Positions 40,115-48,729 of a stretch of 64,000 bases of DNA are shown piece after piece; position 1 is the stretch's first letter, and every line of letters starts with the position of its first letter. Source of the stretch: Candidatus Levyibacteriota bacterium (GTDB lineage Bacteria > Patescibacteriota > Microgenomatia > Levybacterales > UBA12049); assembly GCA_027459745.1 (NCBI GenBank), contig DAIDHL010000004.1:79240-143239 (forward strand), given 5' to 3'. Made by a program: the position numbers and the translations under genes. Below the pieces are notes generated by a model. That model saw only the letters and a program-made list of their open reading frames with translations, made no database searches and was not told where the DNA came from.

Positions 40115-42001
40115 CTATTCCCAAAGTACAAAACGCTTGGTGATTTCCTCAACCTCTGCGTTGGTGCCAAAAAAACCTATAGCATAAAGTTCTATATCTT
40201 TTTCATTTTGTATACTTATCATTTTTTCAAGTTTATCATCGTTGGTCGTCTCAATCATTTCTCTATTAAAAGCCAAAAACTGCATATTCTTTTTTTTAAC
40301 TTCACATAGAACTTCATGTAATTCTTTTTCCACCCCCTCTAGAATAATAATAGCAAATTGAGAATTTCGAGGAAGCTCTTTACCATCTTTAGTAGTAAAA
40401 TATTCTCCAGTTCCAAACTTTCCATTCATTTTATGGCCTAAATAGGCTCCCACATGAGCGGAGGCATTCATGGCTTTCCATGAAGGTAAATCTTTGCGGA
40501 CTATAACTGCGGCTTTATGCGAAAAATCTTGCGGTGTTGTCTCCTTTTGTTCTGACTTTATTTTCTGAGCTTCATCTTGTTTCATCGTGGGGAAAAAGAC
40601 CATCTCTCTTACAGGTCTATCTACTAGCATACTAAACAATCTTTCTGAAATTCCAAATCCAGCAGCTGGTGGCATGCCATACTCCAGCGCTTCGACATAA
40701 TCTTCATCCATCATCTGAGCCTCTTCGTCTCCTTGTTCTCTTAGATTCATCTGCTCTTCAAATCTTTCTTTTTGGTCAATTGGATCATTTAATTCAGAAA
40801 AGCCTTTACCTAGTTCTGAGCCCATGGCTAGAATTTGTGTGCGTTCTACTAGGTGCTCACGACCAAGAATACGCTTGGCCAAAGGCTCTACTTCAACTGG
40901 ATGATTTAAAACAAACATCGGCTGTATCAACCCCGGTCTAATAGTTTTTTTATATAAATAATCCAGTAATCTACCTTTCCCCAAATTAGGTTCTACTTCT
41001 ACTTTTAACTGCTTGGCCAAAATATATAATTCTTCTACTGTCATTTTTTCCGTATCCACATTCCAATATTCGTTTAAAAGCTCTGTATATTCCTTACGTG
41101 GCCAATTACCAGACCAATCAATACTTTGATCATGCCAGGTAGTTTGTAAACTGCCGAAAGTTTTTTGAATTACGTTTTGGTACATATCCTGCAAGAAATC
41201 CATCAACTGATTATAATCCGCATAAGCCCAATAAAATTCTAGCTGAGTATAATCTTGTAAATGCTCATCGTCGATACCCTCATTGCGAAAAATTCTGCCA
41301 ATTTCAAATACTTTTTCAAATCCTCCCACTAATAACCTCTTTAATGGCAGCTCCAACGAAATCCGTAGATATAAATCCATATTTTGCGCATTATGGTGAG
41401 TAATAAATGGCCTTGCATCTGCACCACCCGGAATAGATTGTAATACTGGAGTTTCAACTTCCAAAAATCCCTTATCAATCATATATTGCCGCATACTTTG
41501 CCAAAAAATAGTTTTTTGTTTAAACAGTTCACGTAGTTCTGGATGCATTAACAAATCCAGATAACGCTTCCGCAATAAAACTTCTTTATTTTTTATATCA
41601 TAAAACTCACTAGGTAAAGGTAATAAGGCTTTAGTTAATAATATAAATCTATTAGGCGCGATTGATATCTCTCCAGCCATCGTCTTCACCACTCCACCCT
41701 CAACACCAATATAATCACCGATATCCAGTAGATTTAAATGTTTATATAAATCACCTAGTAATTTCTTCTGGAAAAAAAGTTGGATTTTGCCTGTTTCATC
41801 TTTTAAATCTGCAAAAGCAATATTTCCATGTGTACGAAAAGAGAATAATTTACCCGCTGTTTTAACGACCTTTCCTTCCATACCTAGGCATTGAGCAACT
41901 GTCTGCTGCTTATCATATTTATGGGCATAGGGGTCCCAACCAAGTGCTTTAATTTTGGCTAATTTATCGATCCTTGCTTGCTTAAAATTTACTTCATCCA
42001 T
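40115..42001 (-). CDS. lysS: Lysine--tRNA ligase (class II) fused to a C-terminal DUF2000-like domain
   Basis: OB fold, EVETPVL, GGADARPF, FRNEG, YGMPPAAGFGI; extra C-terminal region of about 135 aa starting KAAVIVRKDLPSWKAMNASAH. Confidence 0.96.
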   Translation of the reverse strand: MDEVNFKQARIDKLAKIKALGWDPYAHKYDKQQTVAQCLGMEGKVVKTAGKLFSFRTHGNIAFADLKDETGKIQLFFQKKLLGDLYKHLNLLDIGDYIGVEGGVVKTMAGEISIAPNRFILLTKALLPLPSEFYDIKNKEVLLRKRYLDLLMHPELRELFKQKTIFWQSMRQYMIDKGFLEVETPVLQSIPGGADARPFITHHNAQNMDLYLRISLELPLKRLLVGGFEKVFEIGRIFRNEGIDDEHLQDYTQLEFYWAYADYNQLMDFLQDMYQNVIQKTFGSLQTTWHDQSIDWSGNWPRKEYTELLNEYWNVDTEKMTVEELYILAKQLKVEVEPNLGKGRLLDYLYKKTIRPGLIQPMFVLNHPVEVEPLAKRILGREHLVERTQILAMGSELGKGFSELNDPIDQKERFEEQMNLREQGDEEAQMMDEDYVEALEYGMPPAAGFGISERLFSMLVDRPVREMVFFPTMKQDEAQKIKSEQKETTPQDFSHKAAVIVRKDLPSWKAMNASAHVGAYLGHKMNGKFGTGEYFTTKDGKELPRNSQFAIIILEGVEKELHEVLCEVKKKNMQFLAFNREMIETTNDDKLEKMISIQNEKDIELYAIGFFGTNAEVEEITKRFVLWE

Positions 42002-42039
42002 TGTTGTATTGTAACTTATTTTTTGCTATCACACAATTT

Positions 42040-42666
42040 TTATTGAGGTAACACAATTTTCTCCGAGCATACTAATTCTATATCCAAATATGAATGATAA
42101 TATAACTGATAATAATCTGCAAAAGCACTAAACTCACATAGAGAATAAATCTTCTCTGCGTCGCTGATTCCTATATTCAATGCTACAATTTCTTTACTAT
42201 TGTTTGTTAATATTTTCTTTAAATTAGCTAGGGCTTTTACTGGAGGATTGTTTTTTAGCTCTTGCTTTAATAAATTCCATATTTTTTCTGATCCAATTCC
42301 TCCCTCTACCTTAGGCACAGACACACCACGTAAAAGTCCATTAAAAACAAATGCATATTTGCCATCTACATATGGTTGATTAAATTCAATATTATTTTTA
42401 TGTTTAGCAAACGACGCGCTACGGGCATGCGCTACCAATAATTTGCATTTAGGTACCTTTTCAAACATCTTCCTATCTTTCCATATCGGAGAGAGTGATT
42501 TAATAACGTTCCATTTATTATTCTCCCCAATCCATGCCACACCCCAACCATCCGCTTGTCTATCTCCATCCGGGGATCTGCTTTTTTCAGCTAAATCGGC
42601 AAATTTATTAATTACAATTGAAGAATCAATAAGATTATTAGATTTTAACAATAGGAATCTACACAT
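42040..42666 (-). CDS. Class II glutamine amidotransferase-like Ntn hydrolase (EgtC/YafJ/Dug3-like)
   Basis: N-terminal MCR, DGWG, HARSAS, NQPY, FNG; 5 bp after lysJ. Confidence 0.88.
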   Translation of the reverse strand: MCRFLLLKSNNLIDSSIVINKFADLAEKSRSPDGDRQADGWGVAWIGENNKWNVIKSLSPIWKDRKMFEKVPKCKLLVAHARSASFAKHKNNIEFNQPYVDGKYAFVFNGLLRGVSVPKVEGGIGSEKIWNLLKQELKNNPPVKALANLKKILTNNSKEIVALNIGISDAEKIYSLCEFSAFADYYQLYYHSYLDIELVCSEKIVLPQ

Positions 42667-42671
42667 AAAAT

Positions 42672-43835
42672 TTAATCTATACCTTTTAATACTTTTATCA
42701 GCTTTTTAATAGCAAAATCAGAATCTTTTTTAGTTAAAATGTACGGCGGCAAAAATCTTATAACATTTTCTCCAGCCGGAATTACTAACACATTTTCTTC
42801 TTGGAGTTTTTTTAAGATTATATTTCTTTGATCTTTATTTACTACTAATCCAATCATTAGGCCCTTCCCTCTGACTTCTAAAACAACCTTGCTCTCAATC
42901 ATTCTTAGTTGTTGCAACATATATTTACTAATTGCACTTATATGAACTAGCCTTGCCTTATCCAATAGACGAAGAGTACTAATAATTCCCGCACATGCTA
43001 ATGGATTACCACCAAATGTAGAACTGTGAATATGTTTAGGAATTGCGGATGCAATTTCTTCAGAAATTATTGTTGCACCAACCGGTATTCCTCCTGCCAA
43101 ACCTTTACCCAAACATAAAATATCTCCTGCCACCCCTTCACTTGCCAAAAATTTACCTGTTCGACCCAATCCTGTCTGAATTTCATCAATAATTAAAAGT
43201 ATACCTTTAGTCTGGCATACTTCTTTAACTTTGTATAAATAATATTCATCTGGTACATATATTCCTCCTTCTCCCTGAATTGGCTCGACAATAAAAGCAG
43301 CTGTATCTTTATCAATTTCTCTTCGCAAAGCATCGATATTATTAAAAGGAATTGATACAAAATTCCACAATAGAGGCATAAAAGGCTGCTTATATTTCTC
43401 ACCGCTAGTGGCAGATAATGCACCCAATGTCTTACCGTGATATCCATTCTCACAAACAATAAACTTCTTCTTACCTGTCTTTAAAACGGCAAATTTTAAC
43501 GCCGTTTCTATTGCCTCTGCACCCGAATTACTCAAATAAACCTGCTCATACTTCTCACCACACCTTTTTATTAATTTTTCAACTGCCCGAGCTCTAGTAT
43601 CACTCGTAAAGCTCGCATGAAGTGTGCTTATCTTATGCAGTTGAGCAGTTAACGCTGAATTAATTTTCTGATTATTATAGCCGAATATGCTAACACCATA
43701 ATTCGACATTAAATCTAGATATTTTTTCCCATTATCATCATATAGATATACCCCCTTACCTTTAATCAAATTTAAATTACGATCTACATAGGTATTTACT
43801 GAATATTTTTGTTGTAAGTAATTAGCAATCTTCAT
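42672..43835 (-). CDS. lysJ: [LysW]-aminoadipate semialdehyde transaminase (class III aminotransferase)
   Basis: NSGAEAIE, YHGKT, EPIQGEGG, DEIQTG, GKGLAGG, STFGGNP; in the lysW operon. Confidence 0.88.
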   Translation of the reverse strand: MKIANYLQQKYSVNTYVDRNLNLIKGKGVYLYDDNGKKYLDLMSNYGVSIFGYNNQKINSALTAQLHKISTLHASFTSDTRARAVEKLIKRCGEKYEQVYLSNSGAEAIETALKFAVLKTGKKKFIVCENGYHGKTLGALSATSGEKYKQPFMPLLWNFVSIPFNNIDALRREIDKDTAAFIVEPIQGEGGIYVPDEYYLYKVKEVCQTKGILLIIDEIQTGLGRTGKFLASEGVAGDILCLGKGLAGGIPVGATIISEEIASAIPKHIHSSTFGGNPLACAGIISTLRLLDKARLVHISAISKYMLQQLRMIESKVVLEVRGKGLMIGLVVNKDQRNIILKKLQEENVLVIPAGENVIRFLPPYILTKKDSDFAIKKLIKVLKGID

Positions 43836-43837
43836 AG

Positions 43838-44641
43838 TTAAAAAATTATTGTTCCAGCACCACTTAAAGCTTTTCTCAGCGGGAAATCAACTCTCCCATC
43901 ACCCCAGTACATTATTTTTAAACCTGCAGTAAAAGCATTTTCTGCACCTAGTAATTTCTTTTTCATTCTTCCCTGCGCAAACTGTAAATAATTATGCAAC
44001 TCTTCTCTATTCATTTTCCTGATTAAACTTTTTGGATCATCGACGTCACGCAATAAACCTGGCGCTGCAAACAACGATATCATTTTTTTTATTTTTAAAT
44101 CTTCAACCATAACCGCCGTAGCAAAATCATTATCGGTATTCACAATTTGACTTTCTTCACTAATCGCCGGTGGACAAATAACCGGAGTATACTTATACCG
44201 CACCAATAAATTTATTAAATGTTTGTTTGTTTTTACGACTTTACCGGTCAGATTATCTGTTATTAATTTCGTCTTGCCTTCTTCCACTGAGTAAACTGCA
44301 TCTTTTCTTTTCGCCTCCCATAATCTGCCATCAATACCTGACAAGCCAATTGCATTGACTCCATATTTTTGCAAATTTGCAACAATCCTTTTATTAATCA
44401 ACCCTGCATATGCCATCAAAAAGATGTCTATTGCTTCCTGGTCAGTATATACACTACTTACACCGGATGGAGAGATTAGAACCCTTGTCGGTGACTTTAA
44501 ACTTCTAGCTATTTCGTCTCGAGTTTCGCTTGCTCCATGCACGATAATTACTTTTTCCTTTTTCTCCACCAGTTCAGCTATATCTTTGCAGACATTATCA
44601 ATATTAAGTTCTTTCCCACCGCCGATTTTAATAAGAATCAT
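43838..44641 (-). CDS. lysZ: [LysW]-aminoadipate kinase
   Basis: IKIGG, VHGAS, SPSGVSSVYTD, LSGIDG, NTDND, GRMKKKL. Confidence 0.9.
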   Translation of the reverse strand: MILIKIGGGKELNIDNVCKDIAELVEKKEKVIIVHGASETRDEIARSLKSPTRVLISPSGVSSVYTDQEAIDIFLMAYAGLINKRIVANLQKYGVNAIGLSGIDGRLWEAKRKDAVYSVEEGKTKLITDNLTGKVVKTNKHLINLLVRYKYTPVICPPAISEESQIVNTDNDFATAVMVEDLKIKKMISLFAAPGLLRDVDDPKSLIRKMNREELHNYLQFAQGRMKKKLLGAENAFTAGLKIMYWGDGRVDFPLRKALSGAGTIIF

Positions 44642-44644
44642 AAT

Positions 44645-45898
44645 TTAGGACACTTGACGCATCTTGTTGCTATTATATTCAGAGCCGACTAAAAACCTCG
44701 CTGCTACATCTTTTAATACTGATTCACATGAATTGTTTTTATTCATCCTGGGAGTCTCGTCTTTATATGCATTAGTAATCGCTTGTGCTAGATGATCACT
44801 TACAGAATACCCCCGTTGAGATAAATATTGCTGTATATGATGCCAGCCAACATAAGGGGTAAGAATAAATTGATTTTCTGGAACGCCGAATACCGAAAAA
44901 TCGATAGACCGATATGCATCGGGATTTTTTATAACTGCATCTGTATGTACTCCCGCAGCATGAGTGGTACTGTCCTCAGACACCAACTCAGACTCTGGGA
45001 TCGGAACACCTGCTATCTTACTCATTAGTTTATTTAGTTTATAAGTAAGGTTTAAATTAAAATCTTTTAGTAGTGCAGGATTTAGTTTATGAAGTCGAAC
45101 TAGCAAATTCCCAAATGATGTAATACCCGTTCTTTCTGCCCATCCCCAAATTGTTGTATCAATAAATGATATACCATACTTAGCCGATGTTATGGCATTA
45201 TGTAGTGTTTCGCCGCTGTCTGCATGAAAATGTCCTTCCAAATGTGTGTTTGGATATCGATCTCTCATTTCTTTGATAATTTGTCTTATAAAATCATCTG
45301 TCGCGACACCAACGGTGTCTGGTATACCAAAGGTTTGAACATATGGCTCAGCAGCATCGAAAGCGAGATTCCTATCATTAACCTCTGATCGAAAAGCATC
45401 TTCTGTACTGTAACGAATGTATAAATCAGGATGTGAGGCACGAACATCACCTAATATTCTACCTACTCTATCTGCAACTTCTAGCGGACTTTTCTGATGT
45501 CCGGCATGTTGAGCTACTCCCATGTAAACATGGACTCCATCTACTCCCCCATCAATAGCGGCATGAAAATCATCATAATGACAACGAACATGTGCATTCA
45601 AGCGTGGTCGATCTTTTTCAGGATAATTATTTGCGTGTTCACGTAGAGCTGCTAAACTTTCTTTTTCAAGAGCATTAACATTAGGTGAAAATACCTCAAA
45701 AGTTCGCACACCAACATCATACATAGCACTTACAAGACTAATTCGCTCGTCTATGGTGAGAGTAGGTTTACCAATAAGTGCATATCGTCGGCTTTGTAAA
45801 CCATCCCTTAGACTTGTATCAATATTTGTGATATATTCCCCCGGCTTTCTTCCAAACGTAGGAAAAGATTGCTGGGATTTTGATTCGATTCTACTCAT
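44645..45898 (-). CDS. Homocitrate synthase (LeuA/DRE-TIM family), divergent
   Basis: DTSLRDGLQ, HVRCHYDD, RYSTEDAFRS, DTVGVA, HFHADSG, HAAGVH match the homocitrate synthase pattern. Confidence 0.8.
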   Translation of the reverse strand: MSRIESKSQQSFPTFGRKPGEYITNIDTSLRDGLQSRRYALIGKPTLTIDERISLVSAMYDVGVRTFEVFSPNVNALEKESLAALREHANNYPEKDRPRLNAHVRCHYDDFHAAIDGGVDGVHVYMGVAQHAGHQKSPLEVADRVGRILGDVRASHPDLYIRYSTEDAFRSEVNDRNLAFDAAEPYVQTFGIPDTVGVATDDFIRQIIKEMRDRYPNTHLEGHFHADSGETLHNAITSAKYGISFIDTTIWGWAERTGITSFGNLLVRLHKLNPALLKDFNLNLTYKLNKLMSKIAGVPIPESELVSEDSTTHAAGVHTDAVIKNPDAYRSIDFSVFGVPENQFILTPYVGWHHIQQYLSQRGYSVSDHLAQAITNAYKDETPRMNKNNSCESVLKDVAARFLVGSEYNSNKMRQVS

Positions 45899-45902
45899 AA
45901 TT

Positions 45903-46931
45903 TTAAATTGGGTGTAACCCGGTAAATGTTAAGCCCAATGCTTCTGGAATACCGAACATTATATTCATAGCCTGTACTGCTTGTCCTGCTGTTCCTTTGA
46001 CCAGGTTGTCTATTGCTCCAATAATTACTAACCTATTGGTATGTTGGTCTAATTCAAAACCAATGTCACAATAATTCGTTCCCTGTAAGATCTTTGGTTC
46101 CGGATAACGATACAATCCACTTTTCTCCTTTACAATGCGAATAAATGGCTCATTACCATACACATATCTGTAAGCATTCCAGATATCTTTTTCACTGACG
46201 TTTTTTTTAGGTTTCGCGTGAATTGTTACGAGTAATCCTCTTACCATGTCAATCGCTGTGGCTGAAATTCCCACCTTTAAACCAGATAACTCTTGTTCTA
46301 TTTCCGCAGTATGCCGATGTCCTGTAGGCATATAGGAACGAACCACTCCGGATCTTTCTGGGTGATGTGATGATAAAGATGCCCTCATTCCGGCTTGAGA
46401 ACTACTCATTTTTGCATCGATAATTACTTCATTCTCTATTAATTCATTTTTAACTAAGGGGTATAAAGAAAGAATTGAAACAGTTGCTTCACAACCTGCA
46501 CACGAAACATATTTGGCTTTTCTTATTTCTTCTCGATGAACTTCTGAAATACCATAGACAAAATCTGACAATAATTCAGGGTACGCATGTACTGTGTGAT
46601 ACCACCTAGTAAAGTTTACCTGATTATGTAGGCGAAAATCTGCACCCAAATCAATTATTTTACCAGCCAAATTTTTGAATCTGTTCATCAAACCCATCGA
46701 TACACCATTGGGTAGAGCAATAATTAAAACATCACATTTTCTTAATTGATCAAGAGAAATAAAACATATGTCAGTTGATTTTCGTAAGTTCGGATGCACC
46801 AAACTAACTGGCTGTCCCGCAAATTGACGAGATGTTACTTGATTAATATGGACTTTTGGGTGCTGAAGTAAAATACGCAAAAGTTCTCCTCCTGCATATC
46901 CAGATCCACCCACAATAGAAACCTTTATCAT
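45903..46931 (-). CDS. lysY: [LysW]-aminoadipate-6-phosphate reductase (ArgC family)
   Basis: GGSGYAGGE, AGCEAT, SSHHPERS, HRHTAEI, DNLVKGTAGQAVQ. Confidence 0.9.
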   Translation of the reverse strand: MIKVSIVGGSGYAGGELLRILLQHPKVHINQVTSRQFAGQPVSLVHPNLRKSTDICFISLDQLRKCDVLIIALPNGVSMGLMNRFKNLAGKIIDLGADFRLHNQVNFTRWYHTVHAYPELLSDFVYGISEVHREEIRKAKYVSCAGCEATVSILSLYPLVKNELIENEVIIDAKMSSSQAGMRASLSSHHPERSGVVRSYMPTGHRHTAEIEQELSGLKVGISATAIDMVRGLLVTIHAKPKKNVSEKDIWNAYRYVYGNEPFIRIVKEKSGLYRYPEPKILQGTNYCDIGFELDQHTNRLVIIGAIDNLVKGTAGQAVQAMNIMFGIPEALGLTFTGLHPI

Positions 46932-47776
46932 AATTTTTTATATACCTCCAAACAATAATCAATCACAGTTCCTGAAATATCTACTCCTGTTGGTTCTTCT
47001 GAGTTTTTAAATTCCATCGTATGATTAATTTCATTAACTGTATAGCCATCTGTAGTCTCAAAAATATCCATAGCTAATATTCCTCCTCCCACCGCTTCAG
47101 AAGCATTTTTAGCCAAAATTCGCAGTTGTGAATTTAATCGACAATTTGTTGCATTTCCGCCTCTGGCGGTATTAGTAATCCAGTGTTCTGACTTACGATA
47201 TATTGCACATATTGCTTGTCCATCGATGACAAACAATCGAATATCTCTCCCTGGTTTATCTATATATTGTTGAATATAAATTGGTTTTTGTTGAGGAGAA
47301 CCAAGTATATCTTTGTGTTCTATAATTGCTTCCAGACTATCGACATCATTAATCTTAGCTAACAATCGCCCCCACGAACCAAGAGTTGGTTTGATAATTA
47401 CTGGATAACCGCCTAATTGCTCACTGGCTTTTTTTGCTTCCTCCGTTGAAAATACTAAAGTAAAATTAGGTGTAGGAACGTTATTTTTTTGTAAAACTAA
47501 TGATGTTAAGAATTTATCCTCACAAATATTGGCTACTGTAGAAGGGTTTAAAACAGTAATACCTCGAGATTCCAAAAATTTAGTCGCGTAACTTCCCTTA
47601 ACGGTAGAAATACAACGTTCTAATGCCAGATCAAATTCAGGTTTATAACTTAAAGGGTTAAAATTAGCATCACGAACATCAACTAATTTAGTTTTTATAT
47701 TACGTCTAGTGGCTGCTTGCAAAAGTAGTTTTTCATCAGCACGAATAAGAGTATGTAAAATACCGAGAGTAAGCAT
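46928..47776 (-). CDS. lysX: Alpha-aminoadipate--LysW ligase (RimK/ATP-grasp)
   Basis: GSWGRLL, DKPGRDIR, AIYR...HWITNTARGG, EINHTMEFKNS. Confidence 0.95.
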   Translation of the reverse strand: MLTLGILHTLIRADEKLLLQAATRRNIKTKLVDVRDANFNPLSYKPEFDLALERCISTVKGSYATKFLESRGITVLNPSTVANICEDKFLTSLVLQKNNVPTPNFTLVFSTEEAKKASEQLGGYPVIIKPTLGSWGRLLAKINDVDSLEAIIEHKDILGSPQQKPIYIQQYIDKPGRDIRLFVIDGQAICAIYRKSEHWITNTARGGNATNCRLNSQLRILAKNASEAVGGGILAMDIFETTDGYTVNEINHTMEFKNSEEPTGVDISGTVIDYCLEVYKKL

Positions 47777-47797
47777 ATACTTTAGCTGGGCGACGTC

Positions 47798-47980
47798 TTA
47801 CTCTCCCCAATCCTCCTCAACTTCAGGAGCCTCTTTTAAGACAGCTTTATTAGCAGTTAGGCTTTCTATCACCAAGCGTGAACGACAGTCGGTGCAAGAT
47901 ATAACTTCTGCTGGTTGTACTTCAGAAGATAATTTTGTGGTCGCATCACAAACTGGACAAACTGTAAGTATACTACTCAT
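47798..47980 (-). CDS. lysW: Amino-group carrier protein LysW
   Basis: Two CxxC zinc knuckles and C-terminal EEDWGE. Confidence 0.97.
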   Translation of the reverse strand: MSSILTVCPVCDATTKLSSEVQPAEVISCTDCRSRLVIESLTANKAVLKEAPEVEEDWGE

Positions 47981-47989
47981 AATATGTTT

Positions 47990-48017
47990 ATTATATCTTT
48001 TATTAAATATTCGTCAA
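47990..48017 (-). promoter_or_regulatory. Promoter of the lysW operon
   Basis: TTGACG-16 bp-TATAAT, 9 nt before the lysW ATG. Confidence 0.7.
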
Positions 48018-48031
48018 TTTTTTCACAATCT

Positions 48032-48068
48032 TTGACATTTTATCAAAAAAATGTTACATTTGTAACAT
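48032..48068 (+). promoter_or_regulatory. Promoter of the ACT-domain gene with overlapping 18-bp palindrome
   Basis: TTGACA-17 bp-TACATT; ATGTTACA-TT-TGTAACAT at 48051-48068. Confidence 0.7.
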
Positions 48069-48726
48069 GATAACCACTACAGAAATAGTCAAAGAAATGA
48101 TTAAAAACTCACCTCTATTAGAAGATGGTTTAGCGAAAGGGATAATTAGTTATTCTGCTTTAGCAAGAGATATCAAACCTTCTTTGGAAAAAAAATTAAT
48201 GAAAAAAGTTACAAGAGGAGCTATTGTCATGGCCATCAAAAGATCTAGCCAAACTCTAAAACAAAATATAAATATTATTGAAAAAATTGTATCTCTAAGT
48301 AGTATCACAGTGAGATCTAATCTTACAGAATTAACCTATCATAATTCCGATACTATTGTTGAAAAGCATAAAAAACTTTTCATGCTATCTGAAAGGAAAA
48401 ATAATGCTTTATATACTCTATCTCAAGGAATAAGAGAGAGTATGATAGTTGTAGATTCTAATATGGAAAAAGATGTTGAATTAATATTAAGTGATGAAAA
48501 GCTAATAAAGAAAATCAAACATTTATCCTCTATTACTATATTACTTTCTAAGGACACTATTAATACACCAGGTGTCTATTATTCAATTCTTAAATTGTTC
48601 GCTTGGAGTCAAATTAGTGTTATTGACATGGTTTCAACTCTCACTGAATTAACAATTGTTTTAAACGATAATAATGTTGATAAAGCATTTTCAATACTTA
48701 AGAATTACAACATTCAAAAATCATGA
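48067..48726 (+). CDS. ACT-domain protein with N-terminal helical (possible DNA-binding) domain
   Basis: GIISYSALAR...GAIVMAIKR; C-terminal TPGVYYSIL...MVSTLTELTIV ACT-like region; no kinase domain. Confidence 0.75.
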   Translation: MITTTEIVKEMIKNSPLLEDGLAKGIISYSALARDIKPSLEKKLMKKVTRGAIVMAIKRSSQTLKQNINIIEKIVSLSSITVRSNLTELTYHNSDTIVEKHKKLFMLSERKNNALYTLSQGIRESMIVVDSNMEKDVELILSDEKLIKKIKHLSSITILLSKDTINTPGVYYSILKLFAWSQISVIDMVSTLTELTIVLNDNNVDKAFSILKNYNIQKS

Positions 48727-48729
48727 CTT

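Noticed and set aside
42672-46931. Classical acetyl-ornithine argC/argB/argD arginine operon
   Set aside because: Adjacent lysW, lysX and homocitrate synthase, plus LysY/LysZ-type motifs, indicate the carrier-protein route; dual Lys/Orn function is not excluded
48067-48726. Aspartate kinase annotation
   Set aside because: Only 219 aa with no amino-acid kinase domain (no KFGG motif)
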